From: Paracoccaceae bacterium
Lineage (GTDB): Bacteria > Pseudomonadota > Alphaproteobacteria > Rhodobacterales > Rhodobacteraceae
Assembly: GCA_028284705.1 (NCBI GenBank)
Contig: JANQRE010000009.1
Coordinates: 1,600-65,599 of the forward strand
Length of the DNA stretch: 64,000 nt
Direction: 5' to 3'
In this document: positions 1 to 10,386 of the stretch, piece by piece
Position numbering within the stretch: position 1 is the stretch's first letter
Layout of the letters: every line of letters starts with the position of its first letter
Program-made: the position numbers and the translations under genes
The notes under the pieces: generated by a model
The model's database searches: none
What the model was told of the DNA's origin: nothing
The model's input: only the letters and a program-made list of their open reading frames with translations

Positions 1-304
1 CGTCATAATCCGCGAAGATCGCGATTTTCTCTTTGGATGCAACGGCTTGCAAGACTCGCGACGATGCGGCGTCCATATCCTTGAGGTTTGAGGGGTTCGG
101 CAGCAGATCGCGCAAGGCGGGTGCGAGAAAGCTCTCGGCCTCTTCGGCAGGAACGCCCAACCGGGCGAGGGTCTGACTGACCGGTGCGGGCAGGTCGCAG
201 CGTTGGGCGATAGTTTCCGCGAGGCGAGTTTGCGCATCGGATGGACCGATCCAGCGGCGTCCAGTGAGCGAGTGCTCGACGCCGAGAAAGGCCTCGGCGC
301 TCAT
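1..304 (-). CDS. recJ: Single-stranded-DNA-specific exonuclease RecJ, N-terminal fragment (gene runs off the window start)
   Basis: Hand translation from the ATG at 304-302 gives MSAEAFLGVEHSLTGRRWIGP...KEKIAIFADYD. This ends in the DHH-family motif I region. It is absent from the ORF track because it is truncated. It starts 1 nt after the glpX stop. Confidence 0.7.
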   Translation of the reverse strand, partial: MSAEAFLGVEHSLTGRRWIGPSDAQTRLAETIAQRCDLPAPVSQTLARLGVPAEEAESFLAPALRDLLPNPSNLKDMDAASSRVLQAVASKEKIAIFADYD

Positions 305-305
305 C

Positions 306-1274
<969 letters not shown>

Positions 1275-1287
1275 GAGAGATGTCCTT

Positions 1288-2574
1288 TCAGAGGTCTTCG
1301 ATGCGCAGGGCGACGGGGTCAGCGGCGACGACATTCGTGGTCGGGAGTTGCGCGAGGGCCGTGTTCAGCGCGTCGCGGGTTGTTTTGTGGGTGACGATAA
1401 GAACTGGCGCGGTGGGCGCCTCGTGGCCGTATTGGCGCATCCGGTCGATGGACACACCGGCATCGCCAAGCGCCGTGGCCACTTTGGCGAGCGCGCCGGG
1501 TTTGTCCTGCAATGCGAGGCGCAAGTAATAAGCCGCAGGTCGTGCCGAATGGGCGACCTTGGCGGCGGTCAGTTCCGTGGCGGGTTGACCGAATGTGGCC
1601 AGCCGATTTCCGCGTGCGATATCAATGACATCGGCCATCACGGCACTTGCGGTGGGGCCTTCGCCCGCGCCGGGGCCGCGCAGCACAACCTGACCGATGC
1701 TGTCGCCTTCGATGACGATCGTGTTGGTGCCGCCTTCAAGTTGGCCGAGTGGCGATGTAGCCGGGACAAGGCAGGGCGACATGGATTGCTCAAGCCCGCG
1801 CGCGGTCATCTGTGTGACACCGAGCAGCTTGATTTTGTACCCCATATCGGCAGCTTGCTGGATGTCTTCGACGGAAACCCGCTCGATGCCTTCCAGCGCG
1901 ATGCCATCGAAATTCACCTGCGTACCGAAGGCGATGGAAGAGAGGATCGCAAGCTTGTGGGCGGCGTCAATCCCGCCAACATCAAGCTGCGGATCGGCTT
2001 CGAGATAGCCCAGACCATCGGCTTCGGCGAAAATCTCCTGATAGCTGAGGCCAGAGGCTTCCATGCGGGTCAGGATGTAGTTGCAGGAGCCGTTCATGAC
2101 GCCCATGACACGGGTGATCTCGTTGCCGGCAAGCCCCTCGATGAGCGCTTTGATCACCGGGATGCCACCGGCAACGGCGGCTTCGTAGCGCAACACCCGA
2201 GTATTCACCTCAGCCAGTTCCGCTAAGGGCTGACCGTGGATTGCGAGCATCGCTTTGTTGGCGGTCACGACATCCTTTCCCGCTGCCAAGGCCGCCTCTA
2301 CTGCGGCTTTGGCGGGACCATCCTCGCCGCCGATGAGCTCGACGAACACATCGACATCGTCACGGGTTGCAAGCGCGACGGGGTCATCCTCCCAGGCATA
2401 GTCCGACAAAGGAATGCCGCGGTCGCGGGATTTCGATCTCGCTGAAACCGCCGTGATCTCGATCGGCTGACCGGTGCGCGCCGCAAGTGTTTCGCGATGC
2501 TTGCGAACGATCTTGACAACGCCAGTTCCGACCGTCCCCAGACCGGCAATTCCAAGGCGCAAGGGGGCAGTCAT
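1288..2574 (-). CDS. hom: Homoserine dehydrogenase
   Basis: 428 aa with N-terminal LRLGIAGLGTVGTGV Rossmann motif and a C-terminal ACT-like region. It lies in the hom-glpX-recJ arrangement. Confidence 0.9.
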   Translation of the reverse strand: MTAPLRLGIAGLGTVGTGVVKIVRKHRETLAARTGQPIEITAVSARSKSRDRGIPLSDYAWEDDPVALATRDDVDVFVELIGGEDGPAKAAVEAALAAGKDVVTANKAMLAIHGQPLAELAEVNTRVLRYEAAVAGGIPVIKALIEGLAGNEITRVMGVMNGSCNYILTRMEASGLSYQEIFAEADGLGYLEADPQLDVGGIDAAHKLAILSSIAFGTQVNFDGIALEGIERVSVEDIQQAADMGYKIKLLGVTQMTARGLEQSMSPCLVPATSPLGQLEGGTNTIVIEGDSIGQVVLRGPGAGEGPTASAVMADVIDIARGNRLATFGQPATELTAAKVAHSARPAAYYLRLALQDKPGALAKVATALGDAGVSIDRMRQYGHEAPTAPVLIVTHKTTRDALNTALAQLPTTNVVAADPVALRIEDL

Positions 2575-2663
2575 GGGCAGGCGGCTCCGTCTTCAAGCTT
2601 TGAGCAGTTGGCGCCGTTGTTAGAGGGAATTGCCACAGGGTGCAACGCGTTGTCTGGTGCGTG

Positions 2664-2963
2664 TCAGTAGCCGCGCTCGGCGACTGCGCTTGCCAGTTTC
2701 AGGCGGGTCTGTCCATCGACGACACTGCGCCCGCGAAGCGCGTTGGCGCGTGCTTTGAGGCGAGCAACCCGGGCGGCAAGCGCCTCGGCTTCAACCTCGA
2801 TGGTTGACCCCGCATCTGCCTGCGCAAGGAGCGTTGGAAGGTGTTCCAACGTGGGAAAGGGCGCATCGAGTGCTGCGTTGCTGATCGTGGAATCTGCGCT
2901 TGGCAAATGGCGCGCGCAGCCCGCGAGGGTCGCGATACAGATCAGAATTGTGATGATCCGCAT
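2664..2963 (-). CDS. Small hypothetical lipoprotein
   Basis: ORF 2664..3023. The internal start MRIITILICIATLAGC gives a signal peptide with a lipobox (LAGC). The C-terminus is Ala/Arg-rich and helical. I recognise no family. Confidence 0.5.
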   Translation of the reverse strand: MRIITILICIATLAGCARHLPSADSTISNAALDAPFPTLEHLPTLLAQADAGSTIEVEAEALAARVARLKARANALRGRSVVDGQTRLKLASAVAERGY

Positions 2964-3073
2964 GGGTGCCTGCCGTTTCATTTTCGTTGGTGGCAATCTA
3001 GCGGCAACATGCGGTTCGGACAATGGCGCCGGTCGGGGCTTGAAATGAACGTGTGTTCATATAGCGTGGGGGG

Positions 3074-3712
3074 ATGGCGCGAAAGATTGGCTCCCATTCC
3101 GATATCACAGGCCCGAAAGTACGGGCGGCGGCGTTGCGTCTTTTTGCGCGGCATGGGTTCGCCTCCGTCACCATGCGCCAGATTGCGAGCGAGGTTGGGG
3201 TGCAGGCTGGGGCCCTGTATCTTTACACACCGGACAAGCAGACCCTGCTGTTTGACCTCTTGCGCGAGCATATGCAGGAGGTTCTAGATGGGCTCGCGGC
3301 GGAGGATTTCTCCGGCAATCCGGTGGAGCGGTTAGAGACCTTCACACGGTTTCATATCCGGTTCCACCTCGAACGCCGCGACGCCGTATTCATCAGCTAC
3401 ATGGAGCTGCGCAACCTAACGGATGAAAATTTCGCCGTGTTGGAAGACATGCGCCGGACCTATGAGGACGCGCTGGAAAGCATCTTGAAAGATGGTCAGG
3501 CGTCGGGACATTTCGATGTGGAAGATACGAAACTGACGACGCTGGCGCTGATCTCGATGCTGAATGGTGTGACCACGTGGTACAAACCAGACGGACGATT
3601 GTCGCTCGAGCGTGTCGAAGCAATCTATTCCGACATGGCCGGAAAGGCCGTGCGCATGGCACGGTGGAAGCGCAAACAGATGTTGGGAGCGGCGGGTCAG
3701 GCCAAAGCCTGA
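3074..3712 (+). CDS. TetR/AcrR family transcriptional regulator
   Basis: 212 aa with a TetR N-terminal HTH (AALRLFARHGFASVTMRQIASEVGVQAGALYLY). Confidence 0.85.
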   Translation: MARKIGSHSDITGPKVRAAALRLFARHGFASVTMRQIASEVGVQAGALYLYTPDKQTLLFDLLREHMQEVLDGLAAEDFSGNPVERLETFTRFHIRFHLERRDAVFISYMELRNLTDENFAVLEDMRRTYEDALESILKDGQASGHFDVEDTKLTTLALISMLNGVTTWYKPDGRLSLERVEAIYSDMAGKAVRMARWKRKQMLGAAGQAKA

Positions 3713-3721
3713 CCTTTCTGA

Positions 3722-5017
3722 CTAGAGCGTTGTGTAGATCGGGAACCGAGCGCAAAGATCGGTCGCGCGGGCTTTGACCGCCTCCTCGACCGACGCATTG
3801 CCGTCCTCGCCATTGGCGGCCAGACCGTCCACCACTTCGACGATCATATCGGCGACTTCGCGGAATTCGGGCTCCCCGAAACCCCGGGTGGTGCCCGCAG
3901 GGGAGCCGAGGCGGATGCCGGAGGTGATTGTCGGTTTCTCGGTGTCGAACGGGATGCCGTTCTTGTTGCAGGTGATATGGGCGCGCCCGAGTGCCTTCTC
4001 AGTCGCGTTGCCCTTCACGCCTTTCGGGCGCAGATCGACGAGCAAAACATGGGTGTCCGTGCCGCCGGTGACGATGTCGAGGCCGCCCTTGATCAGTTGA
4101 TCGGCCATGGCCTGTGCATTGGCGATGACCTGCTTCTGATAGGCTTTGAATCCGGGTTCGAGCGCTTCGCCGAAAGCCACTGCCTTGGCTGCGATGACAT
4201 GCATCAACGGACCGCCTTGAATGCCGGGGAAGATGGCCGAGTTGAACTTCTTCGCCAGCGCCTCGTCATTGGTCAGGATCATGCCGCCGCGCGGACCGCG
4301 CAAAGTTTTGTGCGTCGTGGTGGTCGCGACATGGGCATGTGGGAAGGGGCTCGGGTGCTCGCCCGCTGCCACGAGACCCGCGAAATGGGCCATGTCCACA
4401 TGCAGATAGGCGCCGACCATGTCGGCGATTTCGCGCATACGTGCGAAGTCGATCTGCCGCGGAATAGCAGACCCACCGGCGATGATCAGTTTCGGTTGAT
4501 GCTCTTTGGTGAGCGCTTCGACCTGATCGTAATCCAGCTCTAGCGTGTCTTCCTTCACGCCATATTGGATCGCGTTGAACCATTTGCCCGATTGGTTGGG
4601 GCGCGCGCCATGGGTGAGGTGGCCGCCGGCATCGAGGCTCATGCCCAGGATCGTATCGCCGGGCTGCAGAAGCGCGGTGAACACACCCTGGTTGGCCTGA
4701 GAGCCTGAATTCGGCTGTACATTGGCAAATTCGCATCCAAAGAGTTTGCAGGCACGTTCAATGGCAAGATTCTCAGCAATATCAACATATTGGCAGCCAC
4801 CGTAATAACGGCGCCCGGGGTAACCCTCGGCATATTTGTTGGTCATCACGCTGCCTTGCGCCTCCATCACGGCGCGGCTGACGATGTTTTCCGAGGCGAT
4901 CAGCTCGATCTCGTCACGCTGGCGTCCGAGCTCTTGCGTAATGGAGCCGAAAACTTCCGGGTCCCGGTCGGCAAGCGATTGGCTGAAAAACATGTCGTCA
5001 CGGTGGGGAGCGTTCAT
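3722..5017 (-). CDS. glyA: Serine hydroxymethyltransferase
   Basis: ORF 3722..5125. The conserved SHMT sequence starts at the internal Met at 5017 ([23 protein letters not shown]...). The PLP-Lys motif [14 protein letters not shown] is present. Confidence 0.93.
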   Translation of the reverse strand: MNAPHRDDMFFSQSLADRDPEVFGSITQELGRQRDEIELIASENIVSRAVMEAQGSVMTNKYAEGYPGRRYYGGCQYVDIAENLAIERACKLFGCEFANVQPNSGSQANQGVFTALLQPGDTILGMSLDAGGHLTHGARPNQSGKWFNAIQYGVKEDTLELDYDQVEALTKEHQPKLIIAGGSAIPRQIDFARMREIADMVGAYLHVDMAHFAGLVAAGEHPSPFPHAHVATTTTHKTLRGPRGGMILTNDEALAKKFNSAIFPGIQGGPLMHVIAAKAVAFGEALEPGFKAYQKQVIANAQAMADQLIKGGLDIVTGGTDTHVLLVDLRPKGVKGNATEKALGRAHITCNKNGIPFDTEKPTITSGIRLGSPAGTTRGFGEPEFREVADMIVEVVDGLAANGEDGNASVEEAVKARATDLCARFPIYTTL

Positions 5018-5187
5018 GGCAGTGTCCTTTGAAGCAGATGGGCCGCGATAGAATGAGCGACTTCTAGTCGGGATGTTGTCGCAAGGGAAGGTAGGTTGCG
5101 GCGCTTTTTGTACAACTTCCGGCATCGAATTCGCTTGTTTTTCGCCCTCTCACGCGCATTGTGAAGCCGAAAGGAAACCGTAACCTC

Positions 5188-5955
5188 ATGCCTGCACGAA
5201 AAAAAATCGCGTTTTTGGCCTCCGAGACCGATATCGCGCAGGAAGCCGCGACGGCGCTGGGTGAGCGCTACGGCACGGCCGAGACTGAGGCCGCGGATGT
5301 GATCGTGGCGCTGGGTGGCGATGGGTTCATGCTGCAGACGCTGCACGGCACGCAGCATCTCGACATACCGGTTTATGGGATGAATTGCGGGACGGTCGGG
5401 TTTCTGATGAACGAGTATCATGAACCCGGGCTAGAGGCACGGCTGGCCGATGCCGAGGAAGAACTGATCAACCCTTTGAAAATGAACGCTGTTCAGGAGG
5501 ACGGGTCAGTTTATGAGGCCCTGGCCATCAACGAAGTCTCGTTGCTCCGTGCGGGATCGCAAGCCGCGAAACTGCGGATTTTCGTCGATGGGCGTGAACG
5601 GATGCCGGAGCTTGTCTGCGATGGCGCGCTGCTCTCCACGCCTGCCGGATCGACGGCCTATAACTACTCGGCGCATGGGCCGATTCTTCCGATTGGGTCC
5701 GACGTTCTAGCGCTGACGGCCATGTCGGCGTTTCGTCCGCGGCGCTGGCGCGGGGCGCTGTTGCAGAAGACCGCAAGGGTGCGGTTTGAGGTGCTGCAAG
5801 CGAAGAAACGACCCGTGATGGCGGATGCGGATAGCCGGTCCGCGGGGCGGGTGCTGTCGGTCGAGATCGCATCGGTGCCGGAGATCAAGCACCGTATTCT
5901 CTTTGATCCGGGGCATGGGCTCGAAGAGCGGTTGATTCAGGAACAGTTTGTCTGA
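5188..5955 (+). CDS. nadK: NAD kinase
   Basis: GGDGFML and NEVS/DG..STP.GSTAYN motifs are present. I prefer the ATG at 5188, preceded by AAGGA, over the GTG at 5161. Confidence 0.85.
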   Translation: MPARKKIAFLASETDIAQEAATALGERYGTAETEAADVIVALGGDGFMLQTLHGTQHLDIPVYGMNCGTVGFLMNEYHEPGLEARLADAEEELINPLKMNAVQEDGSVYEALAINEVSLLRAGSQAAKLRIFVDGRERMPELVCDGALLSTPAGSTAYNYSAHGPILPIGSDVLALTAMSAFRPRRWRGALLQKTARVRFEVLQAKKRPVMADADSRSAGRVLSVEIASVPEIKHRILFDPGHGLEERLIQEQFV

Positions 5956-7019
5956 AACACGCCCGGAAGCGACACTTCTAGCAGTTCGAGATCGTCTGAC
6001 GGAGCGCTGTAGCGCGTCTTCATATTGGGTGGGATGACGAAGGCGTCGCCGGGGCTGAGCGGTTGCGGATCGACACCTTCCCCTTCGAGGGTCATCTCGC
6101 CCGCCATCACGAATGAGAACAGGATATCCGCCTCGTGGCTGGTCCAGTTGCTTGCGCCATCGGGGCGCACGAGATGCACGCCCGCGACACCCTTCGTGTT
6201 GTCAGCAATCGTCGTGTCGCGAGAGATAAAGCCGGGGATGCGGAAAGGGGCCCATCTCGCTGCATCGGCCTTGTGGTGAACGAATTTCTGCCCCTCGAAT
6301 TCGCGGTCGGGGTTCACGATTTCGTTGGGCAGGGGCATCTCATGATCGATCGTCGTGATATGCTCCGCCGGTACGCCGATTTCGATAACTTCAATGTTAT
6401 CAGAGGCATAGAGAACGCGATGGCGGATTTCTGGCGGCTGGATGACACAGTTTCCGGCATGCAGACGGAACGGTTCGCCCTGATCCTCATAGACCAGATC
6501 GACCCAGCCCTTGTAGCAGAAGATCAGCTGAAACCCGACCGAATGGTAGTGCACCATGTCGGGCACCGGGCCTCCATCGGGGATACGGATGTGACTGGCG
6601 ATGATCGACCCACCAAGGCGGGAGGGGATCAGATCGCGGTATTGCATGCCTGCGCGCCCGACGATCCACGGCGCCTGATCGGCTAGGCGACGTACCACGA
6701 AGGCATGCTCGGTGGGGGGCATCACAACGGGCGGGGCAAGTTGTGCAATCTCGATCTTTGTTCCGTTTGGAGCCGTCAACTCCGTTTTGCCGCCAGCGAT
6801 CAAGACGGGATCATCGCAAAGAATACGGAGGATACCGGGCGTTGTCTCAGCACCTTTCCGGATGCGAACCCGCAGACCATGACCTGAAAAAACCGCCTCG
6901 CGTGGATCGTCGGCGGGAAAGATTTCATCCATCCGCATGCCGAGCGTCTTGGTGAAGAATGGAATGTCGTCGCGAAGCTCGTCCGTGGGCAGCAGGATTT
7001 CGGCGCGAATGTTTTGCAT
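5937..7019 (-). CDS. Cupin-domain protein (two cupin barrels after a small N-terminal domain)
   Basis: ORF 5937..7079, with the start placed at MQNIRAEI. Cupin-like segments are [16 protein letters not shown]...PPEIRH and [15 protein letters not shown]...GDAFVIPP. Its 3' end overlaps the nadK 3' end by 19 nt. Confidence 0.6.
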   Translation of the reverse strand: MQNIRAEILLPTDELRDDIPFFTKTLGMRMDEIFPADDPREAVFSGHGLRVRIRKGAETTPGILRILCDDPVLIAGGKTELTAPNGTKIEIAQLAPPVVMPPTEHAFVVRRLADQAPWIVGRAGMQYRDLIPSRLGGSIIASHIRIPDGGPVPDMVHYHSVGFQLIFCYKGWVDLVYEDQGEPFRLHAGNCVIQPPEIRHRVLYASDNIEVIEIGVPAEHITTIDHEMPLPNEIVNPDREFEGQKFVHHKADAARWAPFRIPGFISRDTTIADNTKGVAGVHLVRPDGASNWTSHEADILFSFVMAGEMTLEGEGVDPQPLSPGDAFVIPPNMKTRYSAPSDDLELLEVSLPGVFQTNCS

Positions 7020-7128
7020 CAGGCTCAGGTCCAGGATCGTTTCGATGATCCTTGCCGGGAGCGTCAACCTTTGCAACACTCGAGGTCCACCGATGTGATC
7101 GAATAATCGATTTCACGGCAGCAAAACA

Positions 7129-7154
7129 AAAATAGTTTAACATTAAACTATTTT
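7129..7154. promoter_or_regulatory. Perfect 26-nt AT-rich palindrome (candidate operator) in the cupin/maeB divergent intergenic region
   Basis: AAAATAGTTTAA-CA-TTAAACTATTTT. The 12-nt arms are exact reverse complements. The palindrome ends 13 nt before the maeB TTG start and abuts the GGGAGGGG Shine-Dalgarno. Confidence 0.55.
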
Positions 7155-7167
7155 CGGGAGGGGCAAA

Positions 7168-9444
7168 TTGACGAAAGTAGATGACAGCATGCGCAACGAC
7201 GCATTGCAGTATCACAGGGCGCCCAAGCCCGGAAAACTCGAGATCAGAGCGACCAAACCACTTGCCAACGGTCGCGATCTGGCGCGCGCTTATTCGCCTG
7301 GCGTCGCGGAGGCGTGTCTTGAGATCAAATCGGACGCGGCGACCGCTCGGGAATATACGGCGCGGGGCAATCTCGTCGCTGTTGTGTCAAACGGAACGGC
7401 TGTCCTAGGGCTGGGCAACATCGGTGCGCTCGCGTCAAAACCGGTGATGGAAGGCAAGGCCGTCCTGTTCAAGAAATTCGCAAACATCGACTGCTTCGAC
7501 ATCGAGTTGAACGAAAGCGATCCCGAGAAACTGGCAGATATCGTCTGTGCCTTGGAGCCGACCTTCGGAGCGGTCAACCTGGAAGATATCAAAGCGCCCG
7601 ATTGCTTTGTGGTGGAAAAGATCTGCCGGGAGCGGATGAATATCCCCGTCTTTCACGACGACCAGCACGGTACGGCGATTGTTGTGGGCGCCGCTGCGAC
7701 CAATGCGCTGATGCTGACGGAACGCAAATTCGAGGACATCAAAGTGGTCTCCACAGGGGGTGGCGCCGCCGGGATTGCCTGTCTCAACATGCTCCTGAAA
7801 CTGGGTGTGAAGCGTGAGAATGTCTGGCTCTGCGACATTGCCGGACTGGTCTACGAGGGGCGCGAAGAAGAGATGACACCGCAAAAGGCGGAATATGCGC
7901 AAGCCTCTGACATGCGCACCCTAGATGATGTGATCGAAGGAGCAGACCTGTTTTTGGGCCTCAGCGGACCGGGTGTTTTGAAGCCCGAGATGGTCAAGAA
8001 GATGGCCAACAAACCGATCGTGTTTGCGCTGGCCAATCCAACGCCCGAGATTTCGCCCGATGAGGTGAGGGAGGTCGCGCCGAAGGCGATTATCGCCACG
8101 GGGCGTTCGGATTTTCCCAATCAGGTCAACAATGTGCTGTGTTTCCCCTTCATCTTCCGAGGGGCGCTCGACATTGGCGCGACTGAGATCAATGACGAGA
8201 TGAAGATCGGCTGCGTGGAAGGCATCGCGGCACTGGCGCGGGCGACGACAAGTGCGGAGGCCGCGGCGGCGTATCGGGGTGAGCAACTCACTTTTGGCCC
8301 GGACTACCTGATCCCAAAACCTTTCGACCCACGGCTTATGGGTGTCGTTGCGACAGCCGTGGCCAAGGCTGGCATGGAGAGCGGTGTGGCGACGCGCCCG
8401 CTGGAAGACATCACGGCGTATAAGCGGAAACTGGATGGCTCCGTCTTCAAATCCGCGCTGATCATGCGCCCGGTTTTTGAAGCCGCAGCCTCCGAGACGC
8501 GGCGGATCGTGTTCGCAGAAGGCGAGAACGAGCGGGTGCTTCGCGCGGCGAACGCGATGATCGAAGAGACCACTGACAAGCCGACCCTGATCGGGCGCCC
8601 AGAGGTGGTGGAACTGCGCGCTGAACGGGCAGGGCTCAAGATCAAGCCGGGGGTCGATTTTGACCTTGTGAACCCGGAGAACGATCCGCGTTACCGCGAC
8701 TACTGGATGAGCTACCACAATCTGATGGCGCGCAAGGGTGTGACGCCTGATCTGGCCCGCGCGATCATGCGCACAAACACCACGGCCATTGGCGCGGTGA
8801 TGGTGCATCGGGAGGAGGCCGACAGCATGATCTGCGGCACGTTCGGGCAGTATCTCTGGCACCTGAACTATGTCACACAGGTGCTCTCCGGCCCGGAATT
8901 GCATCCCATTGGCGCGCTGAGCCTGATGATCCTGGAAGATGGACCGCTCTTTATCGCGGATACCCATGTGCATCCCGAGCCGACGCCAGAACAAATATCC
9001 GAAGTCGTGCAAGCGGCGGCCCGGCATGTGCGTCGGTTTGGGGTGGAGCCCAAGATCGCGCTCTGTTCACATTCGCAATTCGGCAATCTCGATTGCGAGA
9101 CCGGGCGGCGGATGAGGAAGGCCATGGCGCTTCTCGATGCGGCCCCATGCAACTTCCTCTATGAGGGCGAGATGCATTCCGATGCCGCGCTCGATCCCGA
9201 GTTGCGCGAACGGATATTCCCCGATGCCCGGTTTGAGGGCGCGGCGAATGTGCTGGTCTTTGCCAATACCGATGCGGCCTCGGGTGTGCGCAACATCCTG
9301 AAAATGAAGGCTGGTGGATTGGAAGTTGGCCCGATCCTGATGGGGATGGGCAATCGCGCGCATATCGTGACGCCGTCGATCACTGCGCGGGGGTTGCTGA
9401 ACATGTCGGCCATCGCCGGCACGCCGGTTGCAACTTACGGATAA
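7168..9444 (+). CDS. maeB: NADP-dependent malic enzyme (malic enzyme domain fused to a phosphate-acetyltransferase-like domain)
   Basis: 758 aa. The N-terminus ([36 protein letters not shown]...[20 protein letters not shown]) is near-identical in pattern to E. coli MaeB, and the C-terminal half is PTA-like. The TTG start at 7168 is supported by an upstream GGGAGGGG. An alternative ATG lies at 7189. Confidence 0.92.
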   Translation: MTKVDDSMRNDALQYHRAPKPGKLEIRATKPLANGRDLARAYSPGVAEACLEIKSDAATAREYTARGNLVAVVSNGTAVLGLGNIGALASKPVMEGKAVLFKKFANIDCFDIELNESDPEKLADIVCALEPTFGAVNLEDIKAPDCFVVEKICRERMNIPVFHDDQHGTAIVVGAAATNALMLTERKFEDIKVVSTGGGAAGIACLNMLLKLGVKRENVWLCDIAGLVYEGREEEMTPQKAEYAQASDMRTLDDVIEGADLFLGLSGPGVLKPEMVKKMANKPIVFALANPTPEISPDEVREVAPKAIIATGRSDFPNQVNNVLCFPFIFRGALDIGATEINDEMKIGCVEGIAALARATTSAEAAAAYRGEQLTFGPDYLIPKPFDPRLMGVVATAVAKAGMESGVATRPLEDITAYKRKLDGSVFKSALIMRPVFEAAASETRRIVFAEGENERVLRAANAMIEETTDKPTLIGRPEVVELRAERAGLKIKPGVDFDLVNPENDPRYRDYWMSYHNLMARKGVTPDLARAIMRTNTTAIGAVMVHREEADSMICGTFGQYLWHLNYVTQVLSGPELHPIGALSLMILEDGPLFIADTHVHPEPTPEQISEVVQAAARHVRRFGVEPKIALCSHSQFGNLDCETGRRMRKAMALLDAAPCNFLYEGEMHSDAALDPELRERIFPDARFEGAANVLVFANTDAASGVRNILKMKAGGLEVGPILMGMGNRAHIVTPSITARGLLNMSAIAGTPVATYG

Positions 9445-9446
9445 GC

Positions 9447-10217
9447 TCAGTCACCTTCGGATGATTGCAGCTTTTTCAATCCCTTAGCGATCCAGTCGCC
9501 CGCCCATTTCGCGGGTCCGCGGACACCTTTCATCGGCGCGTCCGGGCGATCCTGCAGTACGCGCGGATTGCGCACGAGCGTGTCGAGCATCCGTTGCGCC
9601 GCGCGAAGCTGATCTGGTTTCAGGTTCGGGACGGCATGATGTTCGATCTCCGCGATCAAGGTGCGGTGGAGGGCGGAGGTCAGGGTCCAGACCGTGTGCA
9701 ACCGGATGCCCTGCAGATTTGCATCTGCCGCAAGACGGGCGAGGCAGGCCACCAGATCATCGAAGAAACGCGGATCGCGACGCGCACGTACCACTTCCGC
9801 AGCGGCATAAAGCTGCGCTGCAGACGCGCCCTCCTTCAATCCATCAAAAACTGGCGTGAGGTCATCCATGTTCGGAGCCTCAGCCTTTAGCGCGCTTCGC
9901 ACCTTCTCAAGCTCCGCGACGGGTGCGTGAATGTCGAAATCCTCGGCAATGTCATGGAACCGCGAGCGCTCTTGTTCGAGGTCGTTTTCCAGAACCGCGA
10001 CTTGCTCCTTGGTTTCAGCAAGATCCTTTTTCACCTCGCGCAGTTCGACCTCCACATCGCCGATCTTCAGACGAGAGACGTATTTCGGCAGTTCCTCTTT
10101 GATGGCGCGCCACCGCAGGAGTACTGTGAGAAAGACCAAAAGCGCCAGCACACCCCAGATGTTCTCGAAAACCAGCTTGGCTGATTGAAAATACAGATTG
10201 TTGTCCATGAAACCCAT
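9447..10217 (-). CDS. Hypothetical membrane-anchored coiled-coil protein
   Basis: 256 aa. It has one N-terminal hydrophobic helix (IWGVLALLVFLTVLLRW), a charged heptad-like segment (DVEVELREVKKDLAETKEQVAVLENDLEQERSR) and a helical C-terminal domain. I recognise no family. Confidence 0.5.
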   Translation of the reverse strand: MGFMDNNLYFQSAKLVFENIWGVLALLVFLTVLLRWRAIKEELPKYVSRLKIGDVEVELREVKKDLAETKEQVAVLENDLEQERSRFHDIAEDFDIHAPVAELEKVRSALKAEAPNMDDLTPVFDGLKEGASAAQLYAAAEVVRARRDPRFFDDLVACLARLAADANLQGIRLHTVWTLTSALHRTLIAEIEHHAVPNLKPDQLRAAQRMLDTLVRNPRVLQDRPDAPMKGVRGPAKWAGDWIAKGLKKLQSSEGD

Positions 10218-10386
10218 CCCTTCGATTGGGGTAACAGTGATCCGGGGCGCAAATGATCGTCAAGCAATCACTGGCAACTCGAGTTTAGCGCTAAATGTGA
10301 CCCTGCGGCGCAGAGGGAAGGGCTTGCCATACGGTTGCGCAGCGGCGTAACCCCTGTGTCGGGACAGTTTGGGAGGAGAGATCGCC

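Noticed and set aside
5018-5160. Possible riboswitch or leader upstream of glyA (ZTP/pfl- or THF-type elements are known before folate and C1 genes)
   Set aside because: Reading the minus strand I found only a short hairpin (CGACT-AGA-AGTCG). None of the conserved ZTP core strings (such as ACUGGCG / CCGGGCGGA / CCGCCUGGGC) are present, so the call is not supportable without a covariance-model scan.
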